From the NCBI GenBank assembly GCA_902776735.1, contig CACYRE010000004.1, forward strand, positions 1 through 59,850: a stretch of 59,850 nucleotides of DNA, in the 5' to 3' direction. Origin of the DNA: an uncultured Erysipelotrichaceae bacterium (lineage in GTDB: Bacteria; Bacillota_I; Bacilli_A; RF39; UBA660). Positions 33,873-43,278 of the stretch are shown piece by piece. Below the pieces are notes generated by a model, which ran no database searches, was not told where the DNA came from, and worked only from the letters and a program-made list of their open reading frames with translations. The translations under genes and the position numbers were made by a program. Numbering within the stretch: position 1 is the first letter of the stretch; each line of letters opens with the position of its first letter.

Positions 33873-34707
33873 CATGCAATTAAAAGATAAACTAAGAAAT
33901 ATTTCTAAAGAAAAGAATGTAGATTTTAATACATTACTTAGACTTTATATGTATGATAGATTTTTAGAAAGACTTTCAAAAAGTAAATATAGAGATAATT
34001 TTATTTTAAAAGGTGGATTCTATTTAAGCACTTTATTTGGGGTGGAGAATAGAGCAACCATGGATATTGATACTGCATTTAGAAATGCTAGCTTTGATGA
34101 AGAAACGATTATTAAAATGATACACGAAATAGTATCCATAAAAATAGATGATAATGCTAAACTATCGTATTTAGGAATAGAACCAATCAGAGATGAAGAT
34201 GAATATGGTGGTTTTAGAGTAACTATTCAAGTAGAATATGAGACTATGAAACAATCTTTTCATATTGACATAGCTACTGGTGATCCTATTACACCAAAAG
34301 AAATAAGGTATAAATATTTACCTTTATTAGGCGATTATTATGTGGATTTATATGCTTATAACATGGAAACAGTTTTGGCTGAAAAAATAGAAACAATGTT
34401 AAGTAGATTAGAGTTAAATGGAAGAACAAAGGACTTTTATGATATATATTTAATTTATAAAAAGGAATGGCAAAATATCAATATAGATCATTTTAGAAAA
34501 GCAATTGATAAAACATTTACTAAAAGGGAATATAATGGTAATCCATTTGAAGCTTTAGATATTATAAGAAATAGTAAAGTTTTAAAAGAAAGATGGAATA
34601 AATATCAAAAGAACTTTTCTTATGCTGAAGGAATAGAGTTTGAAGATATAATGGATTGCTTAGAAATAATGATGAACAATTTAAGTTTTCTATTATTAAT
34701 AAAGTAA
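33865..34707 (+). CDS. abiEii: AbiEii/DUF1814 nucleotidyltransferase toxin
   Basis: Motifs FNTLLRLYMYDRFLERL, FILKGGFYL and RATMDIDTAF. ATG 33865 overlaps the abiEi stop. Confidence 0.8.
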   Translation: MNSMQLKDKLRNISKEKNVDFNTLLRLYMYDRFLERLSKSKYRDNFILKGGFYLSTLFGVENRATMDIDTAFRNASFDEETIIKMIHEIVSIKIDDNAKLSYLGIEPIRDEDEYGGFRVTIQVEYETMKQSFHIDIATGDPITPKEIRYKYLPLLGDYYVDLYAYNMETVLAEKIETMLSRLELNGRTKDFYDIYLIYKKEWQNINIDHFRKAIDKTFTKREYNGNPFEALDIIRNSKVLKERWNKYQKNFSYAEGIEFEDIMDCLEIMMNNLSFLLLIK

Positions 34708-34855
34708 TATGAATCTTGTTTCTTTGGTATAGAAACGAGGTTCAGTTCATATTTAGAAAGGTAAGAATAAGATATTTTTACCTTTTTTCTTTATATTTAT
34801 TAATAAATGTATACCTTTTCTTTTTAATTTGCTAAAATAATTTAGAGGAGGAAAT

Positions 34856-35230
34856 ATGATAATATATAGATGTAACAAATGTAAAAATATTTTAATGGTT
34901 CTAAATAAAGGTATGTGTATTCCAAATTGTTGTGGAGAAGGAATGCAAGAACTTACTCCAAATACAACAGATGCAAGTACAGAAAAACACATACCAGTAG
35001 TTGAAATTAATGATGATAATGTTGTAGTTCAAATTGGATCTATTCTTCATCCTATGACTGAGGAACATTTTATTGAATTTGTTATACTTGAAACAAATTT
35101 AGGTTCACAAATTCATTATTTAAAACCAGGAGATGAAGCAAAAACTAGTTTTAAGTTAAATACTTATGAAAAAGTTGTAGCAGTTTATGCTTATTGTAAT
35201 TTACATGGACTTTGGAAGAAAGATATTTAA
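34856..35230 (+). CDS. dfx: Desulfoferrodoxin (superoxide reductase)
   Basis: N-terminal CxxC...CC (CNKC, NCCGEGM), EKHIPVV, and C-terminal CNLHGLW. Confidence 0.9.
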   Translation: MIIYRCNKCKNILMVLNKGMCIPNCCGEGMQELTPNTTDASTEKHIPVVEINDDNVVVQIGSILHPMTEEHFIEFVILETNLGSQIHYLKPGDEAKTSFKLNTYEKVVAVYAYCNLHGLWKKDI

Positions 35231-35278
35231 AAGTATCTTTTTTTTATTAATTTTGATAAAATCTAATTAGGTGTTAAT

Positions 35279-35971
35279 ATGAATCAAGAAAATATTGGTA
35301 AATATATTAAAAAATTAAGAAAAGAAAATAATTTATCACAAGAAAAATTAGCTGATAAATTAGGAGTTACTTATCAAGCTGTTTCTAAATGGGAAAGAGG
35401 ACTCAATTTACCAGATATGACTACTTTAAAAGAGATAAGTAATTTGTTTAATGTAAATATAGATGATATTATTAATGGAGAAAATTCTAAAAAAATTAAA
35501 CTTAATAATAAAATATATATAATAGTTATCACAGTACTAATATTTTTAATATTAATTGGAATCATATACTTTTCAAAGAATAATACTTATTCAGTAAATG
35601 ATATAGAAAGTACTAATAATAATTTTAAAGTAGTAGGTACTTTTATTAAAAGTAATAATAAAACTAATTTAATTATTAATAGTGTAGATTATAAAGGAGA
35701 AAAAGATAATACTAAATATAAAAAATTATCATGTGACTTAGTAGAAATAAAAGGTAATTCTAAAGAAAAAGTTAGTTCATGTAAGTCAATAACTAATTCT
35801 ACTTTAAAAGAATATCTAGAAAATGTAGATATAAAAATGGATTATAGTGCTAATAATTGTACTATGTTTTCTAAATCTAAATTAACAATAGAAATACAAG
35901 CAGAATTAGAAAATGATAAACTCCTAACTTATAATATTCCTTTAGAAGTAAATAAAAATTCTTGTAGTTAG
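35279..35971 (+). CDS. XRE-family HTH protein with a TM helix and an extracellular domain
   Basis: LSQEKLADKLGVTYQAVSKWERG followed by the TM helix IYIIVITVLIFLILIGIIYF. Confidence 0.7.
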   Translation: MNQENIGKYIKKLRKENNLSQEKLADKLGVTYQAVSKWERGLNLPDMTTLKEISNLFNVNIDDIINGENSKKIKLNNKIYIIVITVLIFLILIGIIYFSKNNTYSVNDIESTNNNFKVVGTFIKSNNKTNLIINSVDYKGEKDNTKYKKLSCDLVEIKGNSKEKVSSCKSITNSTLKEYLENVDIKMDYSANNCTMFSKSKLTIEIQAELENDKLLTYNIPLEVNKNSCS

Positions 35972-36127
35972 TTATAGACATTTTATATTTATAAAAGAAT
36001 ATTTAAAGTATTTAAAATATAATTTTTAAAAAGAAATTTAAATTAGAAAAATATTAGAAAAATACAATTAATAAATAATGTGCTATAATATTGCTAGAGA
36101 TATTATTTTTATAATCGGGTGGTTTGA

Positions 36128-38011
36128 ATGGATAAAGATATTGAATATAAATTAGATATTGTTGATAGTTATGGTGATGGTGAAAAGTTTCATTGTATTC
36201 TAAAACTACCTATGAACTTAGGTTGGTATAATGATGTAAATATTAAGTTTGTTGAAAATGGCAAATTTATTAATTATCCTCTAAAACATAAAAATAATGA
36301 TTTATTTTTTGCTTATTTTGAAGGTGATTTTTATTTAAAAACAAAAGCAATTTACCATTATTTATTTAGCTTAACTATTAATGGTAAGAATTATTATTTT
36401 AATAATTCATCACTTACCGATCAATATAATAGCGATAATAATTTCAAGTTAAGTGTAAACTTTAGCGTACCTGATTGGGCAAAAGGTAAGATTATGTACC
36501 ATATTTTTGTTGATAGATTTAAAAAAAGTAATGATGATAAATTAGTGGAAATGCCTAGACGTATTATTCATAAAAATTGGAATGACGTTATGGATTTAGG
36601 ACCTAATAAAAAATTTTCTTCAAAATTAGGTAGAGAAGTGTGGAATGTTGATTTTTATGGTGGAGATTTGGCTGGAATTGTTGAAAAACTTAATTATATA
36701 AAATCATTAGGTGTTTCTATTCTATATCTTAGTCCTATTGTTTATAGTCAATCTAATCATCGCTATGATACTAGTGATTATGAAAAAGTCGATCCATACA
36801 TTGGAATTAATGAAGATTTAAAGATATTATGCGATGAAGCCCATAAAAGAGGAATGAAAGTAATATTAGATGGTGTATTTAATCATACAGGAAATGATAG
36901 TAAATATTTTAATGAATATGGTACTTTTTCTGAACAAGGAGCTTTTAATAATCCGGATTCTAAATATGCAAAGTTTTATCGAAAAAAATATGTCGATGGT
37001 AAGTTACTGTATGACTATTGGTGGGGATTTTATAATTTACCAGAATGTGATGGTAACTCTTTTGAATGGCAAAATTATATTGCTGGAGTAGGTGGAGTAA
37101 TAGATTTATGGTTTAGTCTTGGAATAGATGGTTTAAGATTAGATGTTGCAGATGAATTAACAGATGAATTTATTGAAAAAATAAGAATTGCTGTTAAAAG
37201 AAACAAAGAAGATGGCTTTATTCTTGGAGAAGTATGGAAAAATCCTATGCGTATGAATAGAGGATATCTATCATCAGCTAAAGGAATGGATTCAGTCATG
37301 AATTATTTGTTTGTAGATTCTTTGATAAGATATTTTAAATATGCTGATGTATCTAAATTAAATAATATTATTAAAGAAATATTAAATGAATATCCAGAAG
37401 ATACAATATATTCATTAATGAATTTTACATCTACTCATGATATTTCTCGTGGTATTAATTTATTTACGGATAAAGATGTATTCAAAAAAGATGGAGAATG
37501 GGTTTGGAATTTAAAAAATGAAGGGCTTGAATATTTAAATAGTCTTAATTTAACTAAAGAAGAGTATGAAAAAGCAAAAAAAATTTATATGACTTATATA
37601 TTTACTTTATGTTTTTTACCTGGAAATTTATCAATATTTTATGGTGATGAAGCAGGGATAACAGGATATGGTAATTTATTAAATAGAAAATCTTATCCTT
37701 GGGATATGGAAGACAAAGACTTAGTTAATTATTTTAAATATATTGGAAATATAAGAAATAATGAAAAAGAGTTAGAAACAGCTAAAATAAAAATAAGAGA
37801 TATCAATTATGATTATTTTAGCTTTGAAAGAGAAAATTGTAATAATAGTTATATTATTGTTGTTAATAGAACTGATAAAGATAAATATTTTTTAGTACCA
37901 CCTGAATATAATAATAGTAAATGCAAAATATATACTTTAAATAATTCAAGACCAGGTTACTTAACTCCAAATGGAGGAGTAGCAATCAAGAAAGGAGCAG
38001 ATAATGAATAA
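36128..38011 (+). CDS. GH13 alpha-amylase family enzyme (neopullulanase/cyclomaltodextrinase-like)
   Basis: The conserved GH13 regions are present: DGVFNHTG, GLRLDVADEL, ILGEVW and FTSTHD. Confidence 0.9.
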   Translation: MDKDIEYKLDIVDSYGDGEKFHCILKLPMNLGWYNDVNIKFVENGKFINYPLKHKNNDLFFAYFEGDFYLKTKAIYHYLFSLTINGKNYYFNNSSLTDQYNSDNNFKLSVNFSVPDWAKGKIMYHIFVDRFKKSNDDKLVEMPRRIIHKNWNDVMDLGPNKKFSSKLGREVWNVDFYGGDLAGIVEKLNYIKSLGVSILYLSPIVYSQSNHRYDTSDYEKVDPYIGINEDLKILCDEAHKRGMKVILDGVFNHTGNDSKYFNEYGTFSEQGAFNNPDSKYAKFYRKKYVDGKLLYDYWWGFYNLPECDGNSFEWQNYIAGVGGVIDLWFSLGIDGLRLDVADELTDEFIEKIRIAVKRNKEDGFILGEVWKNPMRMNRGYLSSAKGMDSVMNYLFVDSLIRYFKYADVSKLNNIIKEILNEYPEDTIYSLMNFTSTHDISRGINLFTDKDVFKKDGEWVWNLKNEGLEYLNSLNLTKEEYEKAKKIYMTYIFTLCFLPGNLSIFYGDEAGITGYGNLLNRKSYPWDMEDKDLVNYFKYIGNIRNNEKELETAKIKIRDINYDYFSFERENCNNSYIIVVNRTDKDKYFLVPPEYNNSKCKIYTLNNSRPGYLTPNGGVAIKKGADNE

Positions 38012-39314
38012 TGAAATAAAATGTCCTAATTGTGGGAAGATATTTAAAATAGATGAGGGAGAATATGATTCTATTGTTAAACAAATAAGAGATAAAGAAT
38101 TTGATAAAGAAATAACTTTAAGAGATAAACAACATGAATTAGATAAAGAAAATAGTCTTAAATTAAAAGAAGCAGAACTTGAAAAAGACTATAATGAAAA
38201 AATAAGTAAAAAAAACTTGGAGATAACAGAATTAAAAAATAAACTAGATAATAGTAATTTAGAGATAACATCTAAGTTAGATAAAGATTATTCTACTAAG
38301 TTAAGTAAAAAAGAAAAAGAATTATCTGATAGAGACAAAGAAATAACTGACTTAAAAAACAAAATTCAATTAATGGAGAAGGAAGAAGAATTAAATTTAC
38401 ATAAAGCTATCAATGATAAAGAAAAAGAAATAGATAATTTGAATAATAAAATAGAAATTAATAAGAATGAATATTTATTAAAAGAGCAAAGTTTAAAAGA
38501 AAGTTATGAAGAAAAAATAAAAAATAAAGATGAAGTAATTGCCTATTATAAAGATTTTAAAGCAAAACAATCCACTAAAATGATTGGGGAGTCACTTGAA
38601 GTTCATTGTAATAATGAGTTTAATAGAATTAGACCAATACTTAAAAATGCTTATTTTGAAAAAGATAATGATGCTAAAACTGGTTCTAAAGGAGATTTTA
38701 TTTATCGTGAGTCTGATGATGATGGTACAGAGATTATTTCTATTATGTTTGAAATGAAAAATGAAGCTGATGAAACAGCAAGTAAACATAAGAATGAAGA
38801 TTTCTTTAAAGAACTTGATAAAGATAGAAAAGAAAAGAACTGTGAGTATGCCGTACTTGTTTCTTTACTTGAAATAGATAATGATTATTATAATACGGGA
38901 ATAGTTGATGTTAGTCACAAATATCCTAAAATGTATGTTATTAGACCACAATTTTTTATACCTCTCATTACTCTCCTTAGGGGAGCAGCCTTAAACTCTT
39001 TAAGTTATAAAAAAGAGTTAGAAGTAGTTCAAAATCAAAATGTTGATATTTCTCATTTTGAAGAAAATATGAATAGTTTTAAAGAAGGATTTGCAAGAAA
39101 TTATCGATTAGCATCAGACAAATTTAAAAAAGCTATTGACGAGATTGATAAGACAATAGATCACTTACAAAAAACCAAAGAAGCTCTCTTATCTAGTGAA
39201 AATAACTTGCGTTTAGCAAATAATAAAGCAGAAGATTTAACTATAAAAAGACTTACTAATAATAGCCCAACTATGAGAGAATTGTTTTCCAATTTACATG
39301 ATGAAAATAATTAG
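38004..39314 (+). CDS. DUF2130 domain protein (zinc-ribbon, coiled coil, nuclease-like C-terminus)
   Basis: IKCPNCGKIFKIDEGEYDSIVKQIRDKEF, a long coiled coil, and KGDFIY...IMFEMKNE. It overlaps the GH13 stop by 8 nt. Confidence 0.65.
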   Translation: MNNEIKCPNCGKIFKIDEGEYDSIVKQIRDKEFDKEITLRDKQHELDKENSLKLKEAELEKDYNEKISKKNLEITELKNKLDNSNLEITSKLDKDYSTKLSKKEKELSDRDKEITDLKNKIQLMEKEEELNLHKAINDKEKEIDNLNNKIEINKNEYLLKEQSLKESYEEKIKNKDEVIAYYKDFKAKQSTKMIGESLEVHCNNEFNRIRPILKNAYFEKDNDAKTGSKGDFIYRESDDDGTEIISIMFEMKNEADETASKHKNEDFFKELDKDRKEKNCEYAVLVSLLEIDNDYYNTGIVDVSHKYPKMYVIRPQFFIPLITLLRGAALNSLSYKKELEVVQNQNVDISHFEENMNSFKEGFARNYRLASDKFKKAIDEIDKTIDHLQKTKEALLSSENNLRLANNKAEDLTIKRLTNNSPTMRELFSNLHDENN

Positions 39315-39337
39315 CACTTTAACTTGACAAGTGCTAA
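39311..39337 (+). promoter_or_regulatory. CIRCE (HrcA operator)
   Basis: TTAGCACTT-N9-AAGTGCTAA compared with the consensus TTAGCACTC-N9-GAGTGCTAA, with one symmetric change per arm. Confidence 0.75.
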
Positions 39338-39352
39338 AAATAGTGCTAGTAT
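39324..39352 (+). promoter_or_regulatory. hsp20 promoter overlapping CIRCE
   Basis: TTGACA (39324-39329), 17 nt, then TAGTAT (39347-39352). Confidence 0.55.
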
Positions 39353-39434
39353 TATTGATGTAAGGGAAAGATAATTTCCTGGTATTAATTAGTATAATAA
39401 TTGATATAATATTATTGAAAGGAAGATGATAATT

Positions 39435-39854
39435 ATGACATTAATGCCTAGAAAAGATAGCCTAGATTTATTTGATGATTTCTTTGGAGGAAATTTTTTA
39501 AGTAAGTTTGATACTAATATGATGAGAACAGATATTAGAGAAAGTGATAATGGTTATATAATAGATGTAGATTTACCTGGATATAATAAAGAAAATATTA
39601 AAGTAGATGTTACAGATGGATATTTAAATATAAGTGCTAAGATGAATAGTAGTGAAGATGATTCTAAAAAAGGTAAATATGTAAGACGTGAAAGATATTA
39701 TGGAGAATGCTCTAGAAGTTTCTATATTGGTGATGATATTAAAACTGATGATGTTAAAGCCTCATTTAAAAATGGTATCTTAAGTCTAAATATTCCAAAG
39801 AAGACTGAAGAAGAAAAAGAGTCTGAAAAGAATTATATTTCAATTGAAGATTAA
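39435..39854 (+). CDS. hsp20: Hsp20/alpha-crystallin small heat-shock protein
   Basis: Motifs DLPGYNKENIKVDVTDGYLNISA and FKNGILSLNIPK. ATG 39435 lies 9 nt after the AAAGGAAG RBS. Confidence 0.9.
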   Translation: MTLMPRKDSLDLFDDFFGGNFLSKFDTNMMRTDIRESDNGYIIDVDLPGYNKENIKVDVTDGYLNISAKMNSSEDDSKKGKYVRRERYYGECSRSFYIGDDIKTDDVKASFKNGILSLNIPKKTEEEKESEKNYISIED

Positions 39855-39878
39855 GCGAACAATATGTTTGCTTTTTTC
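39854..39878 (+). terminator. Rho-independent terminator
   Basis: AGCGAACA-ATA-TGTTTGCT followed by a T-run. Confidence 0.6.
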
Positions 39879-39920
39879 TTTTTAATATGTTAAAATATGA
39901 CCTGCATTAGGGGTGGTATT

Positions 39921-40733
39921 GTGACAGATAGATATCATATAAAAAAATATAATTTACTAGAAATGCTAGATGATGAAATTAATAAACATTCTTCTTGGTC
40001 ATCCAAAGAAAAAGCTGATTATATTTATATTAGAATGTGTCAGTTATTTAATTATGATGAAAGATGGAGATATACTGAGAGTGAAAAATTACGTGGGAAA
40101 ATTTTTGATAAAATGATAGATGTAACTAATGTTAATACCAGTAAAACTGTTTGTAGTGGATTTAGTAATGCCTTTGCTGATATAATAAATATGCTTCTTA
40201 GTGGCTGTAAAGATTTTGATACAATATTAACTTATGGTGAAGAGTCTCATATGTATACAAGTGCTTGGTTTAATGATATTGTCTGTACATATGACCCTAT
40301 ACTTTTTACTAATGATTTTTTAAATGCAAAAAAGAATCTACCAATATTAGGTATTAAAATAAATAATTTAGATATTTGGGAAGAAGAATTAGTTCAGGAA
40401 GATAGTTTTAAAAGAATAGGCTATTCAAAATCTGGTGTAGAAAAACTAAAAAATATTAGAAAAAAAGCGTATATTAATAGTGATAGTTATGAAAGTTTTT
40501 TTGATTATTTAATCAATAATTTAGATTTTAATAACCTGGGTATTTATGAAGCAAATAATTTATTAAATATGCAAGCTAAGGCTCAGTATCAGAAAAATTT
40601 TAATAGTTTAGGTATTGATCTTAATTATCAAGAAACTAATGATAATGGAATAGTATTTACTTATAGTTATAATAATAAGGATAGATATGAAGTAAGTGAA
40701 GATTCAAGTAAAATAAAAGTACTTAAATTATGA
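39921..40733 (+). CDS. Hypothetical protein, possibly a transglutaminase-like cysteine protease fold
   Basis: The Cys...His...Asp spacing in KTVCSGFSNAFADIIN...EESHMYTSAWFNDIVCTYDP. The start is uncertain (GTG 39921 after GGGGTGG, or ATG 39897). Confidence 0.35.
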   Translation: MTDRYHIKKYNLLEMLDDEINKHSSWSSKEKADYIYIRMCQLFNYDERWRYTESEKLRGKIFDKMIDVTNVNTSKTVCSGFSNAFADIINMLLSGCKDFDTILTYGEESHMYTSAWFNDIVCTYDPILFTNDFLNAKKNLPILGIKINNLDIWEEELVQEDSFKRIGYSKSGVEKLKNIRKKAYINSDSYESFFDYLINNLDFNNLGIYEANNLLNMQAKAQYQKNFNSLGIDLNYQETNDNGIVFTYSYNNKDRYEVSEDSSKIKVLKL

Positions 40734-41308
40734 TAGAATAATAGTAGGTCATTAACTATAAGGAGTCATTTACAAATTTGATTTTTTAAGTATTTTTTTA
40801 TAAGTTGGAAAAAATCTCATGCCAAAAAGATTTTACATGGTGAAATCTTTGAAAAATTATAATTATATAATTATTTCAATAGAGACGGATTAAAATCAAC
40901 ATTGTTTTTTCTAGTGAATAAATAATTCTAATAATCTTTTTACACGCGTGAGATAATACAGAAATCGTGTTTGTACTTTGATATATCAATACCAATAAAA
41001 TATATCATTTATAAGCACCTACTAATTAGTTTGTTTGCACTGAGTTTACACAGAATTTCTAATTATGTAATCATGTAATGATATAAAACATCTTTAAAAG
41101 TGTTATCTAACTAATTAATAATTAAATAAAAAATCTGTGATTTTAGTTACCTAAAACAGTCCTCATGGCCGTATAAACATAGGAACAAATCCATAGTGCG
41201 AGATTTATTATGTCTTTAGAGGCATAATAAATCAAAATATATAGAAAGGAGATAATCAACCATAGAATTAATTAAAATATTTCTATGTAATCGATTATAC
41301 ATAATTAC

Positions 41309-42205
41309 ATGATAAAGGTAGAAAATGAGGAAAAAATTAGAATAGATAATTTTTTAGTAAGTAAATTAGATTTATCAAGAAGTAAAATTCAGAAATTAAT
41401 AAAAGATGGTAATATTTTAGTAAATAATAAAGTTGTAAGTGCTAATTATAAAGTTAAATTAAATGATTTAATAGATGTAAATTATAAAGAAGAGTCTACT
41501 GATATTATTGGAGAAAATATACCTTTAGATATTGTTTATGAAGATGATGATTTATTAGTTATTAATAAAAAAAGTGGTATGGTAGTTCATCCTGCTCCAG
41601 GACATTATTCTGAAACTTTAGTTAATGCTTTAATATATAAATATAATTTAAGTAGTGGAGAATCTTTTAGACCTGGAATTGTTCATAGATTAGATAAAGA
41701 TACTAGTGGGTTGATGTTAGTTGCAAAGAACGAACAAACTCATGAAAGATTAGCTGATATGATTAGTAAAAAAGAAGTAGAAAGAAAATATTTAGCAATT
41801 GTTGATGGTTTAATAAAAAATGATAGTGGAACTATTGATGCTCCAATAGGAAGAAATATTGATAATAGACAAAAAATGGCTGTTACAGATATTAATGGCA
41901 AAGACTCTATTACACATTTTAAAGTTCTTGAAAGATTTAATAATAATACTTTAATTGAGTGTAAACTAGAAACTGGTAGAACCCATCAAATAAGAGTACA
42001 TATGGCTTTTATTGGTTATCCTGTTAATAATGATCCTTTATATGGTAAAGGTAAAGCTACAAATTTTGGACAAATGTTACACTCCTATAGTATTAAATTT
42101 ATTCATCCAAGAACTGGAGTAGAATTATCTTTTAAAGTAGATCCACCTAAAGAATTTATGGATAAATTAAATAGTTTAAAAGAAGAAAAAAAGATTAGAA
42201 ACTAA
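41309..42205 (+). CDS. rluD: RluA-family 23S rRNA pseudouridine synthase (RluD-like)
   Basis: N-terminal S4 domain, then HRLDKDTSGL and TGRTHQIRVH. Confidence 0.9.
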   Translation: MIKVENEEKIRIDNFLVSKLDLSRSKIQKLIKDGNILVNNKVVSANYKVKLNDLIDVNYKEESTDIIGENIPLDIVYEDDDLLVINKKSGMVVHPAPGHYSETLVNALIYKYNLSSGESFRPGIVHRLDKDTSGLMLVAKNEQTHERLADMISKKEVERKYLAIVDGLIKNDSGTIDAPIGRNIDNRQKMAVTDINGKDSITHFKVLERFNNNTLIECKLETGRTHQIRVHMAFIGYPVNNDPLYGKGKATNFGQMLHSYSIKFIHPRTGVELSFKVDPPKEFMDKLNSLKEEKKIRN

Positions 42206-42216
42206 ATTTCTAATCT
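42192..42216. terminator. Bidirectional terminator between convergent genes
   Basis: AGATTAGAAA-CTAAA-TTTCTAATCT. Confidence 0.55.
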
Positions 42217-42222
42217 TTATTT

Positions 42223-42687
42223 TTAATATAGTGTATAAGTTTTTATTTTTTCAACTTTACTATATTTTATAGGTTCACCATCAAAAACTGCTATAAATGT
42301 TCCATATCCTTTTAATTTATATTTATGATTTGGCTTTAAATTAGATTTAGAAACATTTACTCTTCCAGCTGAATCAACCTTAACACAATGAATATAATCA
42401 TAAAAATTATTAATTTCTGCAAGTATATCTTCATACTTCCTAGCTATATCAATTCTTGATTCAGTACATTCATTTATATTTTTAATACATCTTAGTCTAA
42501 TTTGAGATAATTGCTCATCTAACTTTTTTATTTCATTTTCAGGGTGAATTGTAATACAATTATCGTTTTCATTTACATAATAAACACTATCATTGGGTTC
42601 TGGATTAGTAGCTTTTGGTAATACAATTCTTCTTTTAGAATCAGTTCCTCTTTCTTCATTTTCATACATCTTATTTTCACCAAACAT
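42223..42687 (-). CDS. Hypothetical protein with two MraZ/AbrB-like DxxxR(I/V) motifs
   Basis: TDSKRRIVLPKA and VDSAGRVNVSKS, about 90 residues apart. ATG 42687 lies 8 nt after a GGTGG RBS. Confidence 0.35.
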   Translation of the reverse strand: MFGENKMYENEERGTDSKRRIVLPKATNPEPNDSVYYVNENDNCITIHPENEIKKLDEQLSQIRLRCIKNINECTESRIDIARKYEDILAEINNFYDYIHCVKVDSAGRVNVSKSNLKPNHKYKLKGYGTFIAVFDGEPIKYSKVEKIKTYTLY

Positions 42688-42748
42688 TTTTTCAACCACC
42701 TTTCACAAATGTGTTTAATATTTTAACATATTTTTATATATATTTCAA

Positions 42749-43207
42749 TTAAATATTCATCAAATAGATAGTTAAAGACAAGATAGTTGCAAATAAACTT
42801 AAAATTAAATATGGATCTAGCAAATATTTTTTCTTACTTTGTAAAAGAGAAGTTTCTTCATATAAGAATAAAGTAGATAGAAAAGTTCCTAAACAAGATA
42901 TAAATCCTAAGAAGTTATTTTTTAAAATAAAGAAAACTATTACAAAACTTTGATTAAATAGATAATTTATTAGAAGAGTAATTTTATATGACTTAGGAAT
43001 TTCTTTTAGTTTGTAATTAGTAATTATATTGTAAATTGTTATAGAAATAAAAATATAAACTATAGTCCAAGCAATACTATAAAAAATACTTGGTGGAGTA
43101 AAAAATGGTTTTTTTAAACTTTCTAAATAGGTATAATCTATTTTAAATAAATAAGATATAAACCAAGGTAGTAAACATAATATGTATAAAAATATTTTTT
43201 TTAACAT
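42749..43207 (-). CDS. tspO: TspO/MBR family protein
   Basis: Five TM helices, with KKPFFTPPSIFYSIAWTIVY. The start was moved to MLKKIF behind an AGAGGAG RBS. Confidence 0.7.
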   Translation of the reverse strand: MLKKIFLYILCLLPWFISYLFKIDYTYLESLKKPFFTPPSIFYSIAWTIVYIFISITIYNIITNYKLKEIPKSYKITLLINYLFNQSFVIVFFILKNNFLGFISCLGTFLSTLFLYEETSLLQSKKKYLLDPYLILSLFATILSLTIYLMNI

Positions 43208-43278
43208 TTCAACATCTCCTCTTTTAATATTATGTGTATTTTGATACAATATTATTAGTTTTATTAGGAGGGGACTTA

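Noticed and set aside
33246-34707. AbiE counted as cargo of island 2.
   Set aside because: It lies to the right of att core copy 3 (33025-33036) and of the island 2 right arm repeats, so it is outside the island as delimited. A remnant-island origin is only speculated.
41202-41233. Hairpin with loop UCUUUAGAGG considered as a PyrR-binding attenuator.
   Set aside because: It matches the PyrR loop consensus only partly. No downstream terminator or antiterminator alternative is present, and there are no pyr genes, since rluD follows. It is kept only as part of the low-interest finding at 40734-41308.
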